Shown here: positions 30,091 to 42,798 of the stretch, one piece after another | Position numbering within the stretch: the first letter of the stretch is position 1 | Layout of the letters: every line of letters begins with the position of its first letter | Assembly (NCBI GenBank): GCA_963675595.2 | Contig: CAXXLZ010000003.1 | Span: 217,358-281,357, forward strand | Length of the DNA stretch: 64,000 nt | Source of the DNA: Thermodesulfobacteriota bacterium | Lineage (GTDB): Bacteria > Desulfobacterota > Desulfarculia > JACQYL01 | Reading direction: 5' to 3' | The notes under the pieces: generated by a model | Databases searched by the model: none | The model's input: only the letters and a program-made list of their open reading frames with translations | Told to the model about the DNA's origin: nothing | Position numbers and translations under genes: made by a program

Positions 30091-30620
30091 AGCCCATCCG
30101 CGGCACCACGATTCTTTACGTCAGGCACCGAGGGAAAACCGTGATGGCGGGTGACGGCCAGGTGAGCCTGGGACAGACCGTAATGAAGGCGAAAGCCAGA
30201 AAAGTGCGGAGGCTTTACAAGGAGAAGATTCTTGCGGGCTTCGCGGGCGCGAGTGCCGATGCTTTTACTCTTTTCGAGCGTCTGGAATCGAAGCTGGATC
30301 AACATGGGGGAAACCTGACTCGAGCTGCGGTGGAATTGGCGAAAGACTGGCGGACCGATAAGGTTTTGAGGCGCCTTGAGGCCATGCTGCTTGCCGCGGA
30401 TGAGGATCGAGCACTACTGATCAGCGGAACCGGGGACGTGATAGAACCGGACGAGGGTGTGACCGCCATCGGCTCGGGCGGACCTTATGCCTATGCGGCA
30501 TCGCTGGCCCTGATTCGCCACTCGGATCTTGACGCCGTAACCATTGCGGAGGAGGCCATGCGAATCGCCGCATCCATCTGTGTATACACCAACGCAGAGC
30601 TTACCATCGAGGAGCTGTAG
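30063..30620 (+). CDS. hslV: ATP-dependent protease subunit HslV
   Basis: [22 protein letters not shown] with the catalytic Thr; 185 aa. Confidence 0.9.
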   Translation: MPSSESGFIEPIRGTTILYVRHRGKTVMAGDGQVSLGQTVMKAKARKVRRLYKEKILAGFAGASADAFTLFERLESKLDQHGGNLTRAAVELAKDWRTDKVLRRLEAMLLAADEDRALLISGTGDVIEPDEGVTAIGSGGPYAYAASLALIRHSDLDAVTIAEEAMRIAASICVYTNAELTIEEL

Positions 30621-30624
30621 TCTC

Positions 30625-32004
30625 ATGTCGGCCCAGGAGACACTTACTCCAAGGGAAATCGTTTCCGAACTGGACAGGTACATCATCGGGCAGGACAAGG
30701 CCAAGCGATCTGTGGCCATCGCTCTGCGGAACCGGTGGCGTCGCCAGCAGGTTCCGGAGAATCTTCAGGATGAAATCGCGCCCAAGAACATTATCATGAT
30801 TGGTCCCACGGGCGTGGGAAAGACTGAGATTGCAAGGCGTTTGGCAAGATTGGCACAATCGCCGTTTCTCAAGGTGGAAGCGTCCAAGTTCACTGAAGTG
30901 GGTTATGTGGGCCGGGACGTGGAGTCCATGATCCGGGACTTGACGGAGCTTTCCATTGGTATGGTGAGGGGCGAGGCCCAAGAGCGGGTGCGTGTTCGAG
31001 CCGAGGAAACCGCGGAAGAACGCCTTCTGGATCTCCTTCTTCCCACTCGAAGGCGGGATGACCGGAACGAAGACGCCGACGGGGATAAGACCCTCGAAGT
31101 GGTAAGGCCGAGTCTCGAACAAGAGGATACGACTCGGGAAAAAATGCGCCGCATGCTCCGGTCGGGCAAGTTGGACCACCGCTTTGTGGACCTCGAGGTT
31201 CCCGACAGAAACGTTCCTTTTGTGGAAATCTTCTCCGGCACGAGCATGGAGGAGATCGACATCAATCTCAAAGACATGTTCGGAAACATGTTTCCCAAGC
31301 GAACCAAGAAACGAAAGGTGAAGATCCCCGAAGCCTTGAAGATTCTGGAGCAGGAAGAAGCACAACGTCTGATCGACATGGATGAGGTCACGTCGGAAGC
31401 CATATCGCGGGTTGAGCAAAGCGGCATCATATTTTTGGACGAAATCGACAAGATCGCGGGAAGAGACCATGCCCACGGCCCCGATGTCTCTCGAGAGGGA
31501 GTGCAGCGGGACCTGTTGCCTATTGTCGAGGGCAGCACGGTCACCACCAAATACGGGATGGTGAAGACCGACCATATCCTTTTCATCGCTTCGGGTGCGT
31601 TCCATATGAACAAACCCTCGGACCTGATTCCCGAGCTTCAGGGGCGTTTCCCCATACGAGTCGAATTGAAGCCACTGACGGAGCAGGACTTCGTCAGGAT
31701 TCTCACCGAACCGGAAAACGCCTTGATTAAGCAGTATATAGCCCTGCTGGAAACCGAAGGAATCGAATTGGTCTTCGATGAATCCGCTATTGTCGAGATT
31801 TCGGAAATCGCGTTTTCCGTTAACGAAAGAACGGAAAATATCGGTGCCCGCAGGCTTCATACGGTGATGGAGGCTTTGCTCGAGGATATTTCGTTCAGCG
31901 CTCCCGAGCTCGAAGAGAGACGGATTATGATCACTGCGGAGTATGTGCGGGAAAAACTTTCGGAGATCAGACAAAACGAGGACCTGAGTAGGTATATTCT
32001 GTAA
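30625..32004 (+). CDS. hslU: ATP-dependent protease ATPase subunit HslU
   Basis: [34 protein letters not shown] and the [15 protein letters not shown] Walker A motif. The start is ATG at 30625, 4 nt after the hslV stop. Confidence 0.9.
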   Translation: MSAQETLTPREIVSELDRYIIGQDKAKRSVAIALRNRWRRQQVPENLQDEIAPKNIIMIGPTGVGKTEIARRLARLAQSPFLKVEASKFTEVGYVGRDVESMIRDLTELSIGMVRGEAQERVRVRAEETAEERLLDLLLPTRRRDDRNEDADGDKTLEVVRPSLEQEDTTREKMRRMLRSGKLDHRFVDLEVPDRNVPFVEIFSGTSMEEIDINLKDMFGNMFPKRTKKRKVKIPEALKILEQEEAQRLIDMDEVTSEAISRVEQSGIIFLDEIDKIAGRDHAHGPDVSREGVQRDLLPIVEGSTVTTKYGMVKTDHILFIASGAFHMNKPSDLIPELQGRFPIRVELKPLTEQDFVRILTEPENALIKQYIALLETEGIELVFDESAIVEISEIAFSVNERTENIGARRLHTVMEALLEDISFSAPELEERRIMITAEYVREKLSEIRQNEDLSRYIL

Positions 32005-32224
32005 CGGAGATTCCGGAGCGCCGACGCAACTCGTATTCGGCGAAGAGCGGTCGGTGCCGGATGCTTCGCCGCCACGGTCGGGTTGCTTGCTGTGGGCCTG
32101 GTTCGGCGGTTTCCGGCGCGTCGTTTTTCAGCGGCCCGCCGAGGCGGTGGGAGAGAGCGTTGACGAGCCGATATCCCCGCCGCGAACCCGTCGGTGTTGA
32201 ACAGCCGGTTGATTGAGGATGTGA

Positions 32225-33145
<921 letters not shown>

Positions 33146-33231
33146 TCCGCCTACAAGGTGAGGCGCGAACCCGGCGAGCAACGGGAACCGGCGGATCCGA
33201 TGGAAAACGCCCGAAACGCGGATGGAAGCCA

Positions 33232-34407
33232 ATGGACGTCAAGCAGATCGAAAAACAGGTAATCATGCAGACTTACGCCAGAAACGATCTGGTGCTGCAG
33301 AAGGGCAAAGGGACCCGGGTTTGGGATGACCAGGGCAACGAATATCTCGATTTCGTGGCGGGCATCGCCGTCTGTAATCTGGGTCACGCCCATGATATCG
33401 TGACCGAAGCCATATGCCGTCAAGCCGGGACTTTGTTGCATACATCAAACCTCTACTATACCGAGCCTCAGGTACGATTGGCGCAATTGCTTACGCAGCA
33501 CAGCTTCGCCGACAAAGCGTTCTTCTGCAACAGCGGGGCTGAGGCGAACGAAGCCGCCATCAAGTTGGCGCGCAAGTATGCTTCGGAAAAATATGGTCCT
33601 TTGAAGAACCGGATCATATCCACCGAAATGTCGTTTCATGGTCGGACCATGGCGACTCTTACCGCCACGGGGCAGGCCAAGGTGAAAAAGGGGTATGACC
33701 CCTTGCTGGAAGGTTTTGTACGCGTGCCTTTCAATGATTTAAATGCGGCTCGGGAGGCCATGGACGAAACGGTTTGCGGATTTCTGGTGGAACCCATTCA
33801 AGGGGAGGGAGGAGTGATTGTGCCCGACCCGGATTATCTCAGGAATCTTCGCGAGCTGTGCGACGAGCGGGGCGTGCTTTTGATGTTCGACGAAGTCCAG
33901 ACCGGCATGGGCAGAACAGGTACGCTCTTTGCCTACCAGGGGTTCGGAGTGGAGCCGCACATCATGTCCCTGGCCAAGGCGTTGGCCAACGGCCTTCCCA
34001 TGGGGGCCATCGTCGCGGTGGAGGAAGTGGCGGAGTCGTTTGGAGTCGGAAGCCATGCCACTACGTTCGGCGGAGGTCCGTTGGTTTCTGCGGCCGCCGT
34101 CGCCGTCATGGAAGTGCTGACCTCCGAGGGATTCCTGGAGGGAGCGGCCGAGATGGGAGAATTCCTTGCGGAAGGGCTTAGAGAGGTGGCCCGAAGCTCA
34201 CCGATTATTCGACAGGTTCGGGGTACCGGCATGATTTGGGCCCTGGATCTGGATCGAGAGGCCAAACCTTTCGTTGCTAAGGCCCAGTCCCGAGGTGTGT
34301 TGATCAACTGTGTCCAGGACAAGACGCTCAGGTTCACACCACCGTTGATCGTCACCCGGGAAGAAATTGAGCGATTGATTCAGGTACTGCAAGAAATTCT
34401 TGTATGA
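33232..34407 (+). CDS. argD: acetylornithine aminotransferase
   Basis: Class III aminotransferase: FCNSGAEANEAAIKLARK and FDEVQTGMGRTG. The start is taken at MDVKQIEK. Confidence 0.9.
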   Translation: MDVKQIEKQVIMQTYARNDLVLQKGKGTRVWDDQGNEYLDFVAGIAVCNLGHAHDIVTEAICRQAGTLLHTSNLYYTEPQVRLAQLLTQHSFADKAFFCNSGAEANEAAIKLARKYASEKYGPLKNRIISTEMSFHGRTMATLTATGQAKVKKGYDPLLEGFVRVPFNDLNAAREAMDETVCGFLVEPIQGEGGVIVPDPDYLRNLRELCDERGVLLMFDEVQTGMGRTGTLFAYQGFGVEPHIMSLAKALANGLPMGAIVAVEEVAESFGVGSHATTFGGGPLVSAAAVAVMEVLTSEGFLEGAAEMGEFLAEGLREVARSSPIIRQVRGTGMIWALDLDREAKPFVAKAQSRGVLINCVQDKTLRFTPPLIVTREEIERLIQVLQEILV

Positions 34408-34413
34408 TGGGAT

Positions 34414-35337
34414 GTGATGGAAAAAGATCTATTATGTGTCCTGGACCTCACCCGGGAAGAGATACTTGACCTGTTTGAACTGACTTTTCGCCTGAAAGAG
34501 CGCTGGAAGACCAAGGGGACAGAAAACCTTTTTCCGGGTAGGACCCTGGGAATGCTCTTCAACAAACCGTCGACCCGAACACGGGTATCGTTCCATGCCG
34601 CCATGGTGCAATTGGGCGGATCGTGCGTCTACCTTACTTCGCAGGATACGCAACTCTGCCGGAACGAAACCGTGGAGGACACCGCCCGCGTTTTGTCCAG
34701 GTATGTGGATGTGCTGGCGGTGAGGACTTACGATCAGAAAGTGCTGGAGGCCATGGCCAAGGCGGCCACGGTACCCGTAATCAACGCCTTGACGGATCGG
34801 TATCATCCTTGTCAGGGGTTGAGCGACGTCTTCACCATTCTGGAGAAGAGAGGTACTTTGGACGGCCTGAAGGCTGCATGGGTGGGCGATGGAAACAACG
34901 TGGCTCATTCATGGATTCACGCCGCGGCCAGGTTGGGTTTCGAGTTGAATCTGGCATGCCCCGAAGGGTACGACCCGGATCCGATGATCATGGAGTATGC
35001 CGTAAAGGCCAACCCCGGTATCCGATTGGTCAGGGACCCCGTCGAGGCGGTTGAAGGTTGTGACGTCATCAGCACCGACGTGTGGGTAAGTATGGGGCAG
35101 GATGAAGAAAAAGAAGCCCGCATGGCGCGGATGAGGCCCTACCAGGTGAATCCTTCGTTGGTGTCGCGGGCTGCGGACAGTGCCATGGTTCTGCACTGTC
35201 TCCCTGCACATCGCGGACAGGAAATCACGGCCGACTATCTGGACAAACCCGATTCCGTGATTTGGGACCAGGCGGAAAACAAAATGCACCTGCACAAGGC
35301 TTTGTTGGTAAGATTGTTGGGAGGACAGCTTGACTGA
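34414..35337 (+). CDS. argF: ornithine carbamoyltransferase
   Basis: [12 protein letters not shown] and [10 protein letters not shown] signatures. Confidence 0.9.
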   Translation: MMEKDLLCVLDLTREEILDLFELTFRLKERWKTKGTENLFPGRTLGMLFNKPSTRTRVSFHAAMVQLGGSCVYLTSQDTQLCRNETVEDTARVLSRYVDVLAVRTYDQKVLEAMAKAATVPVINALTDRYHPCQGLSDVFTILEKRGTLDGLKAAWVGDGNNVAHSWIHAAARLGFELNLACPEGYDPDPMIMEYAVKANPGIRLVRDPVEAVEGCDVISTDVWVSMGQDEEKEARMARMRPYQVNPSLVSRAADSAMVLHCLPAHRGQEITADYLDKPDSVIWDQAENKMHLHKALLVRLLGGQLD

Positions 35338-36538
35338 ACAAATCCGGAAGATCGTATTGGCTTATTCCGGGGGCTTGGATACCTCGGTGATCCTCAAATG
35401 GCTCAAGGAGGTATACGAAGCCGAAGTCGTCGCGTTCTCGGCCGATTTGGGGCAGGGTGAGGAGTTGGACCCTGTTTATGAAAAGGCCATGAAGACCGGG
35501 GCGTCCAAAGTATACATCGAGGACGTGAGGGAAGAATTCGTCAGGGATTACGTGTTCCCTTCCTACCGGGCGAACGTGGTCTATGAAGGTACCTATTTGT
35601 TGGGAACGTCCCTGGCCAGGCCCTTGATCGCCAAGAAACTGGTAGAGATCGCCTTGAAGGAGAAAGCCGACGCGGTGAGTCACGGCGCCACGGGCAAAGG
35701 GAACGACCAGGTCCGATTCGAGTTGAGTTGTATGGCCTTGGAGCCGAATCTGACGATCATTGCGCCGTGGAGAGTCTGGGACTTCAAATCAAGGGAACAC
35801 CTGATTCGCTATGCCAAGGAACACGGCATCGATGTGCCGGTTACACCTGCGAAGCCTTACAGCTGCGACCGTAATCTGCTCCACCTGAGCTTTGAGGGCG
35901 GCATCTTGGAAGATCCGTGGTCCGAGCCGCCTGAGGATATGTTTGTGCTGTCCGTATCTCCGGAAAAGGCTCCCGATCGCCCGACATACATCGAAATCGA
36001 TTATGAATCGGGCAACCCGGTGGCGCTGGACGGGGAGCACATGAGCCCGGCGACTCTGCTGGCGAGGCTGAACGAGGTGGGGGGCCGCAACGGTATCGGT
36101 CGAGTGGACATGGTGGAGAATCGCTTTGTGGGGATGAAGAGCCGCGGAGTGTATGAGACCCCCGGGGGGACGATTCTTCATTCGGCCCATCGCGCGGTTG
36201 AATCCATTACCATGGACCGGGAGGTGATGCATATTCGGGATTCCCTTATGCCGAAGTACGCCGAGCTCGTATACAACGGCTTCTGGTTCGCTCCCGAACG
36301 CGAGTTGCTTCAACGGACCATCGACGATACTCAGGTCAATGTCACGGGAACCGCAAGACTGAAGCTCTACAAAGGAAACGTTATCGTAGTGGGCAGGAAA
36401 TCGAAGACGTCGCTTTACGCGTCCGATTTCGCCACTTTCGAAGAGGACGCGGTTTACGACCAGGCGGATGCCGGCGGTTTCATACGGCTTAACGGCTTGC
36501 GACTCCGAATCAGACGTTTACTGAGAATAGCGGGTTGA
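35330..36538 (+). CDS. argG: argininosuccinate synthase
   Basis: [12 protein letters not shown] and [13 protein letters not shown] motifs. Confidence 0.9.
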   Translation: MTEQIRKIVLAYSGGLDTSVILKWLKEVYEAEVVAFSADLGQGEELDPVYEKAMKTGASKVYIEDVREEFVRDYVFPSYRANVVYEGTYLLGTSLARPLIAKKLVEIALKEKADAVSHGATGKGNDQVRFELSCMALEPNLTIIAPWRVWDFKSREHLIRYAKEHGIDVPVTPAKPYSCDRNLLHLSFEGGILEDPWSEPPEDMFVLSVSPEKAPDRPTYIEIDYESGNPVALDGEHMSPATLLARLNEVGGRNGIGRVDMVENRFVGMKSRGVYETPGGTILHSAHRAVESITMDREVMHIRDSLMPKYAELVYNGFWFAPERELLQRTIDDTQVNVTGTARLKLYKGNVIVVGRKSKTSLYASDFATFEEDAVYDQADAGGFIRLNGLRLRIRRLLRIAG

Positions 36539-37944
36539 TCGTGAATACACCGAAGAAGCTATGGGGTGGCAGGTTCCAGTTGGGCACGGATAGGGCCGTC
36601 GAAAGATACACTTCGTCCGTCGAGTTCGATCAGCGCCTCTACCGTTACGATATTGAAGGAAGTATCGTCCACTGTCGAATGCTGGCCAAACAGGGAATCC
36701 TGCAGCCTGAAGAGGCGGATAAGCTCGTAGAGACTTTGGGACAGATTCGACAGGAGATCGATCGTGGAGATTTCTCTTTCGACTCCAAGCTGGAAGACGT
36801 GCACATGAACATAGAGGCACGGCTCATCGATTTACTGGGTCCCTTAGGCCAGAAGGTCCACACGGCGCGAAGCCGAAACGACCAGATCGCTCTGGATTTC
36901 AGGATGTACCTGCGGGATGCATCGGATCGTTGCGTCGAGCTTCTGCGAGATCTTCGTCGCGCGTTGACGGCTCAGGCTCGAGAACAACTGGACGTCATTC
37001 TGCCGGGATACACCCATATGCAAAGGGCTCAGCCCGTTTTATTGGCGCACCATCTGCTGGCTTACGTCGAGATGTTCGGCAGGGATGAAGAGCGGCTGAA
37101 GGATTGCAGGAAGAGAATCAACGTTTTTCCTTTAGGCAGTGCGGCTCTTTCAGGAACGCCCTTTGATCTGGATCGGTTATATGCGGCCGAGACTCTGGAA
37201 TTCGACGAGGTTTCCAGGAACAGCATGGACGCGGTTAGTGACCGCGATTTTGTTGCCGAGTTCCTTTTCGATTTGTCCATGATTATGGTGCACGTGAGCA
37301 GGCTGTCTGAAGAGCTTATCCTTTGGTGCACCAAGGAATTCGATTTTGTGGAGATGTCCGACGCCCATACCACGGGCAGTTCAATCATGCCTCAGAAGAA
37401 GAATCCGGACGTGGCCGAGTTGGCCAGAGGAAAGACCGGACGGGTATTCGGCGCTTTGGTGGCCGTGCTTACTTTGTTGAAAGGACTGCCCCTCACTTAT
37501 AATCGTGACATGCAGGAGGATAAGGAACCGACCTTCGATGCTCTGGATACGGTTTCTTCGACTCTTGCGGTGGTCACGAGGGTCATCCAGGGGCTCAAGT
37601 TCAAACGTGAATCGATGTTTGAGGCAACGGGACGCGGCTTCCTCACAGCGACGGATTTGGCGGACTATCTGGTGCGTAAGGACATGCCCTTCCGAAGGGC
37701 GCACCAGACCGTGGGACAAATGGTTCAGTACGCCATTGAACAGGGAAGGGAACTCCACGAACTCGATCTTTCCGAGATGAAGGAGTTTTCGAAGCTTATC
37801 GAAGACGACGTGTATGATGTTCTCGATGTTCGGCGATCGCTGGAAACCCGTCGGGTTTTGGGAGGAACGGCCACGGAAAGAGTGGCGGATGAGTTGGGCA
37901 GGATTGAGGAAACTCTGAAGCAACCCGAGGAAGAGGAGTCATGA
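36535..37944 (+). CDS. argH: argininosuccinate lyase
   Basis: Fumarate-lyase signature [12 protein letters not shown]; TARSRNDQ. Confidence 0.9.
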   Translation: MIVNTPKKLWGGRFQLGTDRAVERYTSSVEFDQRLYRYDIEGSIVHCRMLAKQGILQPEEADKLVETLGQIRQEIDRGDFSFDSKLEDVHMNIEARLIDLLGPLGQKVHTARSRNDQIALDFRMYLRDASDRCVELLRDLRRALTAQAREQLDVILPGYTHMQRAQPVLLAHHLLAYVEMFGRDEERLKDCRKRINVFPLGSAALSGTPFDLDRLYAAETLEFDEVSRNSMDAVSDRDFVAEFLFDLSMIMVHVSRLSEELILWCTKEFDFVEMSDAHTTGSSIMPQKKNPDVAELARGKTGRVFGALVAVLTLLKGLPLTYNRDMQEDKEPTFDALDTVSSTLAVVTRVIQGLKFKRESMFEATGRGFLTATDLADYLVRKDMPFRRAHQTVGQMVQYAIEQGRELHELDLSEMKEFSKLIEDDVYDVLDVRRSLETRRVLGGTATERVADELGRIEETLKQPEEEES

Positions 37945-38153
37945 TTCGGAGATGGCTGCCGCTGCTGGTGTTTCTTGCCTTGTTTATGGGAGCCTGCGGT
38001 AAAAAAGGACCGCTTCGTGTTCCCGATGAGACCGACACCCGGAACGGTTTCACGCATCTCGGCGAGTTGCGGACTTTCACGGCCGTGAAGTCTTTTGGAG
38101 TCGTGAAAGGTTCCGTTTCTTCCAGAGTCGACTCGGAGAATGCATCGGCATGA
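37941..38153 (+). CDS. lptM: small lipoprotein, LptM(YifL)-like
   Basis: 70 aa. The lipobox plus MGACGKKGPLRVP matches the CG-KGPL motif of E. coli YifL/LptM, which also lies immediately upstream of dapF. ATGA overlaps link it to both argH and dapF. Confidence 0.6.
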   Translation: MIRRWLPLLVFLALFMGACGKKGPLRVPDETDTRNGFTHLGELRTFTAVKSFGVVKGSVSSRVDSENASA

Positions 38154-38989
38154 ACCCATGGCTGGATCGCCCCTTCGTCAAAATGCACGGCGGCGGCAAC
38201 GATTTCGTCGTCTTGGATGATCGGGACGGAGAGCTCGCCGAAAGCGTAACGGCGGAGGTCGTTCGAACCCTGTGTGGGCGCAGGACGGGCGTGGGTTCCG
38301 ATGGCCTGATTCTGGTGGAAAGAGCTCGGACGTCCGATTTTGGGTGGCGATTCTTCAACTCCGACGGCAGTGAAGCGGAGATGTGCGGCAACGGTGCACG
38401 GTGCGTGGCCCGCTTTGCCTTCGAGAAAGAAATCGCACCCCGGGCAATGATCTTCGATACTCTGGCCGGGCCTGTCCGAGCCGTCGTGTTGGATGGTTCG
38501 ACGGTGAAATTGCGTCTTCCCGATCCCGGAGAGTGCCGCGAGTACGAGAACCTGAAGGTGGACTCGCGCTCTTTGGAGATGGTTCGAATCATAGTGGGGG
38601 TTCCTCACGTCGTCCTGTTCGTGGATGACCTGGAGGAGGCCCCGGTGGTTGCGCTGGGGCGTGCTGTTCGTCGTCACGAGGAGTTCGCGCCTGCGGGGGT
38701 CAATGTGAATTTCGTGCGTTGTGTGCTTCCGGATCGTATCGAGGTCCGGACCTATGAAAGAGGAGTCGAAGACGAGACGCTTGCCTGCGGCACGGGCGCT
38801 GTGGCGGCGGCACTCGTCTGCATAAAGAAGGGACGGATGAGTCCCCCGGTTTGCGTGGGCACACGTGGAGGAGAAACCTTAAGGGTCCATGCGGCCCTTG
38901 ATTCGGACCACAAGTTCCGGGAGGTCCACCTGGAAGGCAAAGTCGTCAAGGTCTTTCAGGGCCGGCTTTCCCCGGAAGTCTTTGTATAA
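38150..38989 (+). CDS. dapF: diaminopimelate epimerase
   Basis: FVKMHGGGNDFVVLD, the two catalytic Cys contexts (MCGNGARC, ACGTGA); 279 aa. Confidence 0.9.
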   Translation: MNPWLDRPFVKMHGGGNDFVVLDDRDGELAESVTAEVVRTLCGRRTGVGSDGLILVERARTSDFGWRFFNSDGSEAEMCGNGARCVARFAFEKEIAPRAMIFDTLAGPVRAVVLDGSTVKLRLPDPGECREYENLKVDSRSLEMVRIIVGVPHVVLFVDDLEEAPVVALGRAVRRHEEFAPAGVNVNFVRCVLPDRIEVRTYERGVEDETLACGTGAVAAALVCIKKGRMSPPVCVGTRGGETLRVHAALDSDHKFREVHLEGKVVKVFQGRLSPEVFV

Positions 38990-38997
38990 GCAGGAGG

Positions 38998-39879
38998 ATG
39001 ATCATGTTCTCAGGTTCCATTGTCGCGTTGGTGACTCCCTTTTCCAACGGGCGGATCGACGAGGAAAAATATCGGGAACTCATCGAGTTTCAGATTGAAA
39101 ACGGTACCAACGCCATCGTGCCGGTGGGTACCACCGGCGAATCGGCCACACTGTCCATGGAAGAGCACCGAAAGGCCATCGATATCTGCATCGAGGCCGT
39201 GAACCGGCGAGTGCCCGTCATCGCGGGCACCGGCGGGAATTGTACCGCGGAAGCGGTGGAACTCACTCGACATGCCAAAGAGAGCGGAGCCGACGCATCC
39301 CTGTCGGTGACTCCCTATTATAATAAACCGACCCAGGAAGGCTTATATCGCCATTTCAAGACCATCATCGAACAAGTTCCGTTTCCCATGGTGCTGTATA
39401 ATGTTCCCGGACGAACGTCCGTGAACATGCTGCCCGACACGGTAGCGCGATTGGCGGAGTTCCAGGAAGTCACGGCCATCAAAGAGGCGTCGGGCTCCAT
39501 CGGACAGATGACGGAGATCGTGGTGAAATGTGGAGACAAAATCACCTTGTTGAGCGGAGACGACGGCGTCACTTTGCCTTTGCTTAGCGTTGGCGGCAAA
39601 GGAGTGATCAGTGTCATCGCCAACATCGTGCCCAAGGAGTCCGCTTCTTACGTGAAAGCCTATTTGGATGGGAGGCATGAGGACGCACGCTTGGAGTTTC
39701 TCAAACTGTTCCCTTTGTGCCAAGCCATGTTTCTGGAAACCAATCCCGTTCCAGTGAAAACCTCTCTGGCACTGATGGGCAAAATCTCGGAAGAAATGCG
39801 GCTTCCCCTTTGTCCCATGGCCCAAGGGACCAAGGATAAACTCCAAGAGATTCTGCGGTCTTATGGATTGATCCGGTAG
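38998..39879 (+). CDS. dapA: 4-hydroxy-tetrahydrodipicolinate synthase
   Basis: GSIVALVTPF, VPVGTTGES and YNVPGRT motifs. Confidence 0.9.
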   Translation: MIMFSGSIVALVTPFSNGRIDEEKYRELIEFQIENGTNAIVPVGTTGESATLSMEEHRKAIDICIEAVNRRVPVIAGTGGNCTAEAVELTRHAKESGADASLSVTPYYNKPTQEGLYRHFKTIIEQVPFPMVLYNVPGRTSVNMLPDTVARLAEFQEVTAIKEASGSIGQMTEIVVKCGDKITLLSGDDGVTLPLLSVGGKGVISVIANIVPKESASYVKAYLDGRHEDARLEFLKLFPLCQAMFLETNPVPVKTSLALMGKISEEMRLPLCPMAQGTKDKLQEILRSYGLIR

Positions 39880-39907
39880 TCTCTCCGTCGGAAGGAGGGT
39901 AATCGCA

Positions 39908-40693
39908 GTGCTCAGAGTGATTGTCGCCGGTGTTTTCGGCAAAATGGGCCTGGAGATTGTCCGGCAGGTCCGTGAAGAGCCGGAAATGACGTTGGTGGGC
40001 GCCTTTGAACGTCCGGACCATCCCCGAGTGGGGGAGGAGGTCGTCGACGGCGTGACCGTGGCCGGAAGCCTTGAGGAGGTCATCGAAAAAGGTGACGTGT
40101 TCATTGACTTCACCCACCATACCGCCTCCGTGATGCATTTACACGTTGCGGAGAAGCACCGTAAACGCGCCGTGGTGGGAACTACCGGTTTCACCCCTTC
40201 CGAGTTGGATGAAATCCAACAAATCGGGAGAAAGATACCAATGGTGGTCGCTCCGAATATGAGCGTGGGGGTGAATCTCCTGTTCAAACTCGTAAAGGAG
40301 GCGGCTGAGGTGCTGGGGCCGGCCTACGACATCGAGATTGTCGAGGCTCACCACCGATTGAAAAAGGATGCACCGAGCGGAACCGCCATGCGTCTTGGTG
40401 AGATTCTAGCCAGGACCGCGAAGAATGCCGGGCTGGAGGAAGTGGGCGTTTTCTCCAGGCAGGGCATGATCGGTGCACGTTCGGACCGGGAGATCGGCAT
40501 CCAGACGGTGCGAGCCGGGGATATCGTGGGGGAGCACACAGTGCTGTTCGCCGGTCCCGGCGAGCGTGTCGAGCTTACGCACCGGGCCCATAACCGGAGC
40601 AACTTCGCCGCGGGTGCGGTCAAGGCGGCTCTTTGGCTGTCCCACCAGCCGGTCGGGCTCTACGACATGCAAGACGTCCTTGGGCTTAAGTAG
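39908..40693 (+). CDS. dapB: 4-hydroxy-tetrahydrodipicolinate reductase
   Basis: VAGVFGKMG Rossmann motif and EAHHRLKKDAPSGTA signature. Confidence 0.9.
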   Translation: MLRVIVAGVFGKMGLEIVRQVREEPEMTLVGAFERPDHPRVGEEVVDGVTVAGSLEEVIEKGDVFIDFTHHTASVMHLHVAEKHRKRAVVGTTGFTPSELDEIQQIGRKIPMVVAPNMSVGVNLLFKLVKEAAEVLGPAYDIEIVEAHHRLKKDAPSGTAMRLGEILARTAKNAGLEEVGVFSRQGMIGARSDREIGIQTVRAGDIVGEHTVLFAGPGERVELTHRAHNRSNFAAGAVKAALWLSHQPVGLYDMQDVLGLK

Positions 40694-40812
40694 CTGAACA
40701 GACTCGGAACTCCCATCCCGCCTACCGAGGCGGGATGGGTTTTTCGGGGTCTCCTTTGTTTTATACATTTCAGGCGCCGTCCTGTCTAAGACCGAGAGGA
40801 GTTCAATTGGCC

Positions 40813-41988
40813 ATGGGTGGAGTGGATAAAGCGGAACGGCTGAAGAAGTTGCCCCCTTATTTGTTCAAGGATCTGGACCGTCAAAGGGAAGAGGTGCGCG
40901 CCAAGGGTGTGGACATCATCGACTTCGGGGTCGGGGACCCCGACCTTCCCACTCCCGATCATATCATCGATAAGCTTTGCGTCGCGGCCAAAGACCCTTC
41001 GACTCACCGATATCCCGCCTATTCGGGAATGAGGAAGTTCAATGATACGGTGTGTCGTTGGTACGACCGACGTTTCGGGGTCCAACTCAGCCCGGGCACG
41101 CAGGCGGTCACCCTCATCGGCTCCAAGGAAGGCATCGCTCACATGCCCCTGGCGTTCATCAATCCCGGCGACGTAGCGCTGGTGCCGGACCCCGCCTATC
41201 CGGTGTATAACAACGCGACCATCCTCGCCGGGGGGGAACCGGTGCATATGCCTCTCAAGGCCGAGAACGGCTTCCTGCCCGATTTGGGCGCCATACCCAC
41301 GGATGCGGCGAAGCGGGCCAAGTTGATGTTTATCAACTATCCCAACAATCCCACCGCCGCAGTGGCGGACCTGGATTTCTTCGCCCAGGTTGTCGCTTTC
41401 GCCCGCGATTACGATATCATCGTATGTCATGACAATGCCTATTCCGAAATGTCCTTCGACGGCTATTCGGCTCCCAGCTTTCTTCAGGTCGACGGAGCCG
41501 TGGATGTGGGCGTCGAATTCCATTCCCTGTCCAAGACCTACAACATGACCGGTTGGCGTCTGGGGTTCGCCGTGGGAAATGCCGATGTGGTCGGGGGGCT
41601 CGGAACCGTGAAGTCCAATATCGACTCGGGAGCTTTCGACGCCGTTCAATACGCGGGAATCGAGGCCCTCGAGGGCTCTCAACAGTGTGTGGCGGATATG
41701 CGTGCCGTGTACCAGGAACGCCGTGATCTGTTGATCGAGGGGCTCAGGGAGGCCGGTCTCAACGTCTTTGTGCCCAAAGCCACTTTCTATCTTTGGATCG
41801 AAACGCCCAAAGGATTCTCTTCGGCGGATTTCTCCAAACTGCTCCTCACTGAGAAAGGCATCGTCACCACTCCCGGAAACGGTTTCGGACCTTCCGGGGA
41901 AGGTTATATTCGAATGGCCCTTTGCGTGAACAAGGAAAGGACTCGCGAAGCCGTCCAACGTCTGAAAACTTTGGATTTCGGAAGTTGA
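40813..41988 (+). CDS. dapL: LL-diaminopimelate aminotransferase (DapL-type class I aminotransferase)
   Basis: KLPPYLFKDLDRQREEVRAKGVDIIDFGVGDPDLPTP N-terminus and the SLSKTYNMTGWRLG PLP-lysine region. It clusters with dapF/A/B, and no dapD/C/E is present. The start is taken at ATG 40813. Confidence 0.7.
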   Translation: MGGVDKAERLKKLPPYLFKDLDRQREEVRAKGVDIIDFGVGDPDLPTPDHIIDKLCVAAKDPSTHRYPAYSGMRKFNDTVCRWYDRRFGVQLSPGTQAVTLIGSKEGIAHMPLAFINPGDVALVPDPAYPVYNNATILAGGEPVHMPLKAENGFLPDLGAIPTDAAKRAKLMFINYPNNPTAAVADLDFFAQVVAFARDYDIIVCHDNAYSEMSFDGYSAPSFLQVDGAVDVGVEFHSLSKTYNMTGWRLGFAVGNADVVGGLGTVKSNIDSGAFDAVQYAGIEALEGSQQCVADMRAVYQERRDLLIEGLREAGLNVFVPKATFYLWIETPKGFSSADFSKLLLTEKGIVTTPGNGFGPSGEGYIRMALCVNKERTREAVQRLKTLDFGS

Positions 41989-42030
41989 ATCAGGAGGAGG
42001 GAGGCGACCAGTAGAAGCGTCCGTGGGCCA

Positions 42031-42522
42031 ATGGAAGAGGTGACCGCATACGTGGGCATAGGCTCCAACCTGGGAGACCGCCTGAGCCTCTGTGGAGAAG
42101 CCGTCGAGCGCATGAGCGGATTGTCCGGTTGTCGTGTGGTCCGAGTGTCCGGGTTTTATGAAACCGAACCCGTCGGTTACGAGCAGCAGGGACGTTTCCT
42201 GAACGCCGCCGCGGAGGTGAAGACTTCGTTGGAACCTCTGGAGCTGCTTGACGGCCTGCTCACCATTGAGCGGACGATGGGGAGAGTGCGGGAAATCAAA
42301 TGGGGGCCTCGAAACATTGATCTGGACATCCTTTTCTACGGAGATCGGGTATTGAACCATCCGCGCCTCACGTTGCCGCATCCACTGATGCATCGTCGGG
42401 GTTTCGTGCTGGTCCCCCTGGCGGATATCGCACCACGAAGCCGACATCCTTTGCTGGGATCATCGGTGGAAGAATTGCTGCGCCTCCTACCGTCCGCTGC
42501 GGAAGGAATCAGGCCCTTATGA
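42031..42522 (+). CDS. folK: 2-amino-4-hydroxy-6-hydroxymethyldihydropteridine diphosphokinase
   Basis: YVGIGSNLGDR, GPRNIDLDIL and LPHP motifs. Confidence 0.9.
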   Translation: MEEVTAYVGIGSNLGDRLSLCGEAVERMSGLSGCRVVRVSGFYETEPVGYEQQGRFLNAAAEVKTSLEPLELLDGLLTIERTMGRVREIKWGPRNIDLDILFYGDRVLNHPRLTLPHPLMHRRGFVLVPLADIAPRSRHPLLGSSVEELLRLLPSAAEGIRPL

Positions 42523-42788
42523 TCAAGATCATTTTTCTGGGAGTCCTGGTTTATCTGCTTGTACGTCTGCTCAGGAGTTTACGGGGCTCTTCAACTCTCG
42601 GCCCCAAAGAGTTCCGGAAGAACGAGCCGGCCGGTCGTTTAGGGGGGGAAATGGTCAAAGACCCGCAGTGCCACGTATATGTGCCCAAACATGAAGCCGT
42701 TTCCCGTGTGGTGGACGGACGGGAGGTCTACTTCTGCAGCGAACGGTGCATGGAAGAGTATCTGGAGTCCAAAAAGAAGACGAATTAA
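42519..42788 (+). CDS. small membrane protein with C-terminal YHS/TRASH-like metal-binding domain
   Basis: N-terminal TM helix followed by [31 protein letters not shown] overlap with the folK stop. Confidence 0.6.
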   Translation: MIKIIFLGVLVYLLVRLLRSLRGSSTLGPKEFRKNEPAGRLGGEMVKDPQCHVYVPKHEAVSRVVDGREVYFCSERCMEEYLESKKKTN

Positions 42789-42798
42789 GGAGGCTTTC

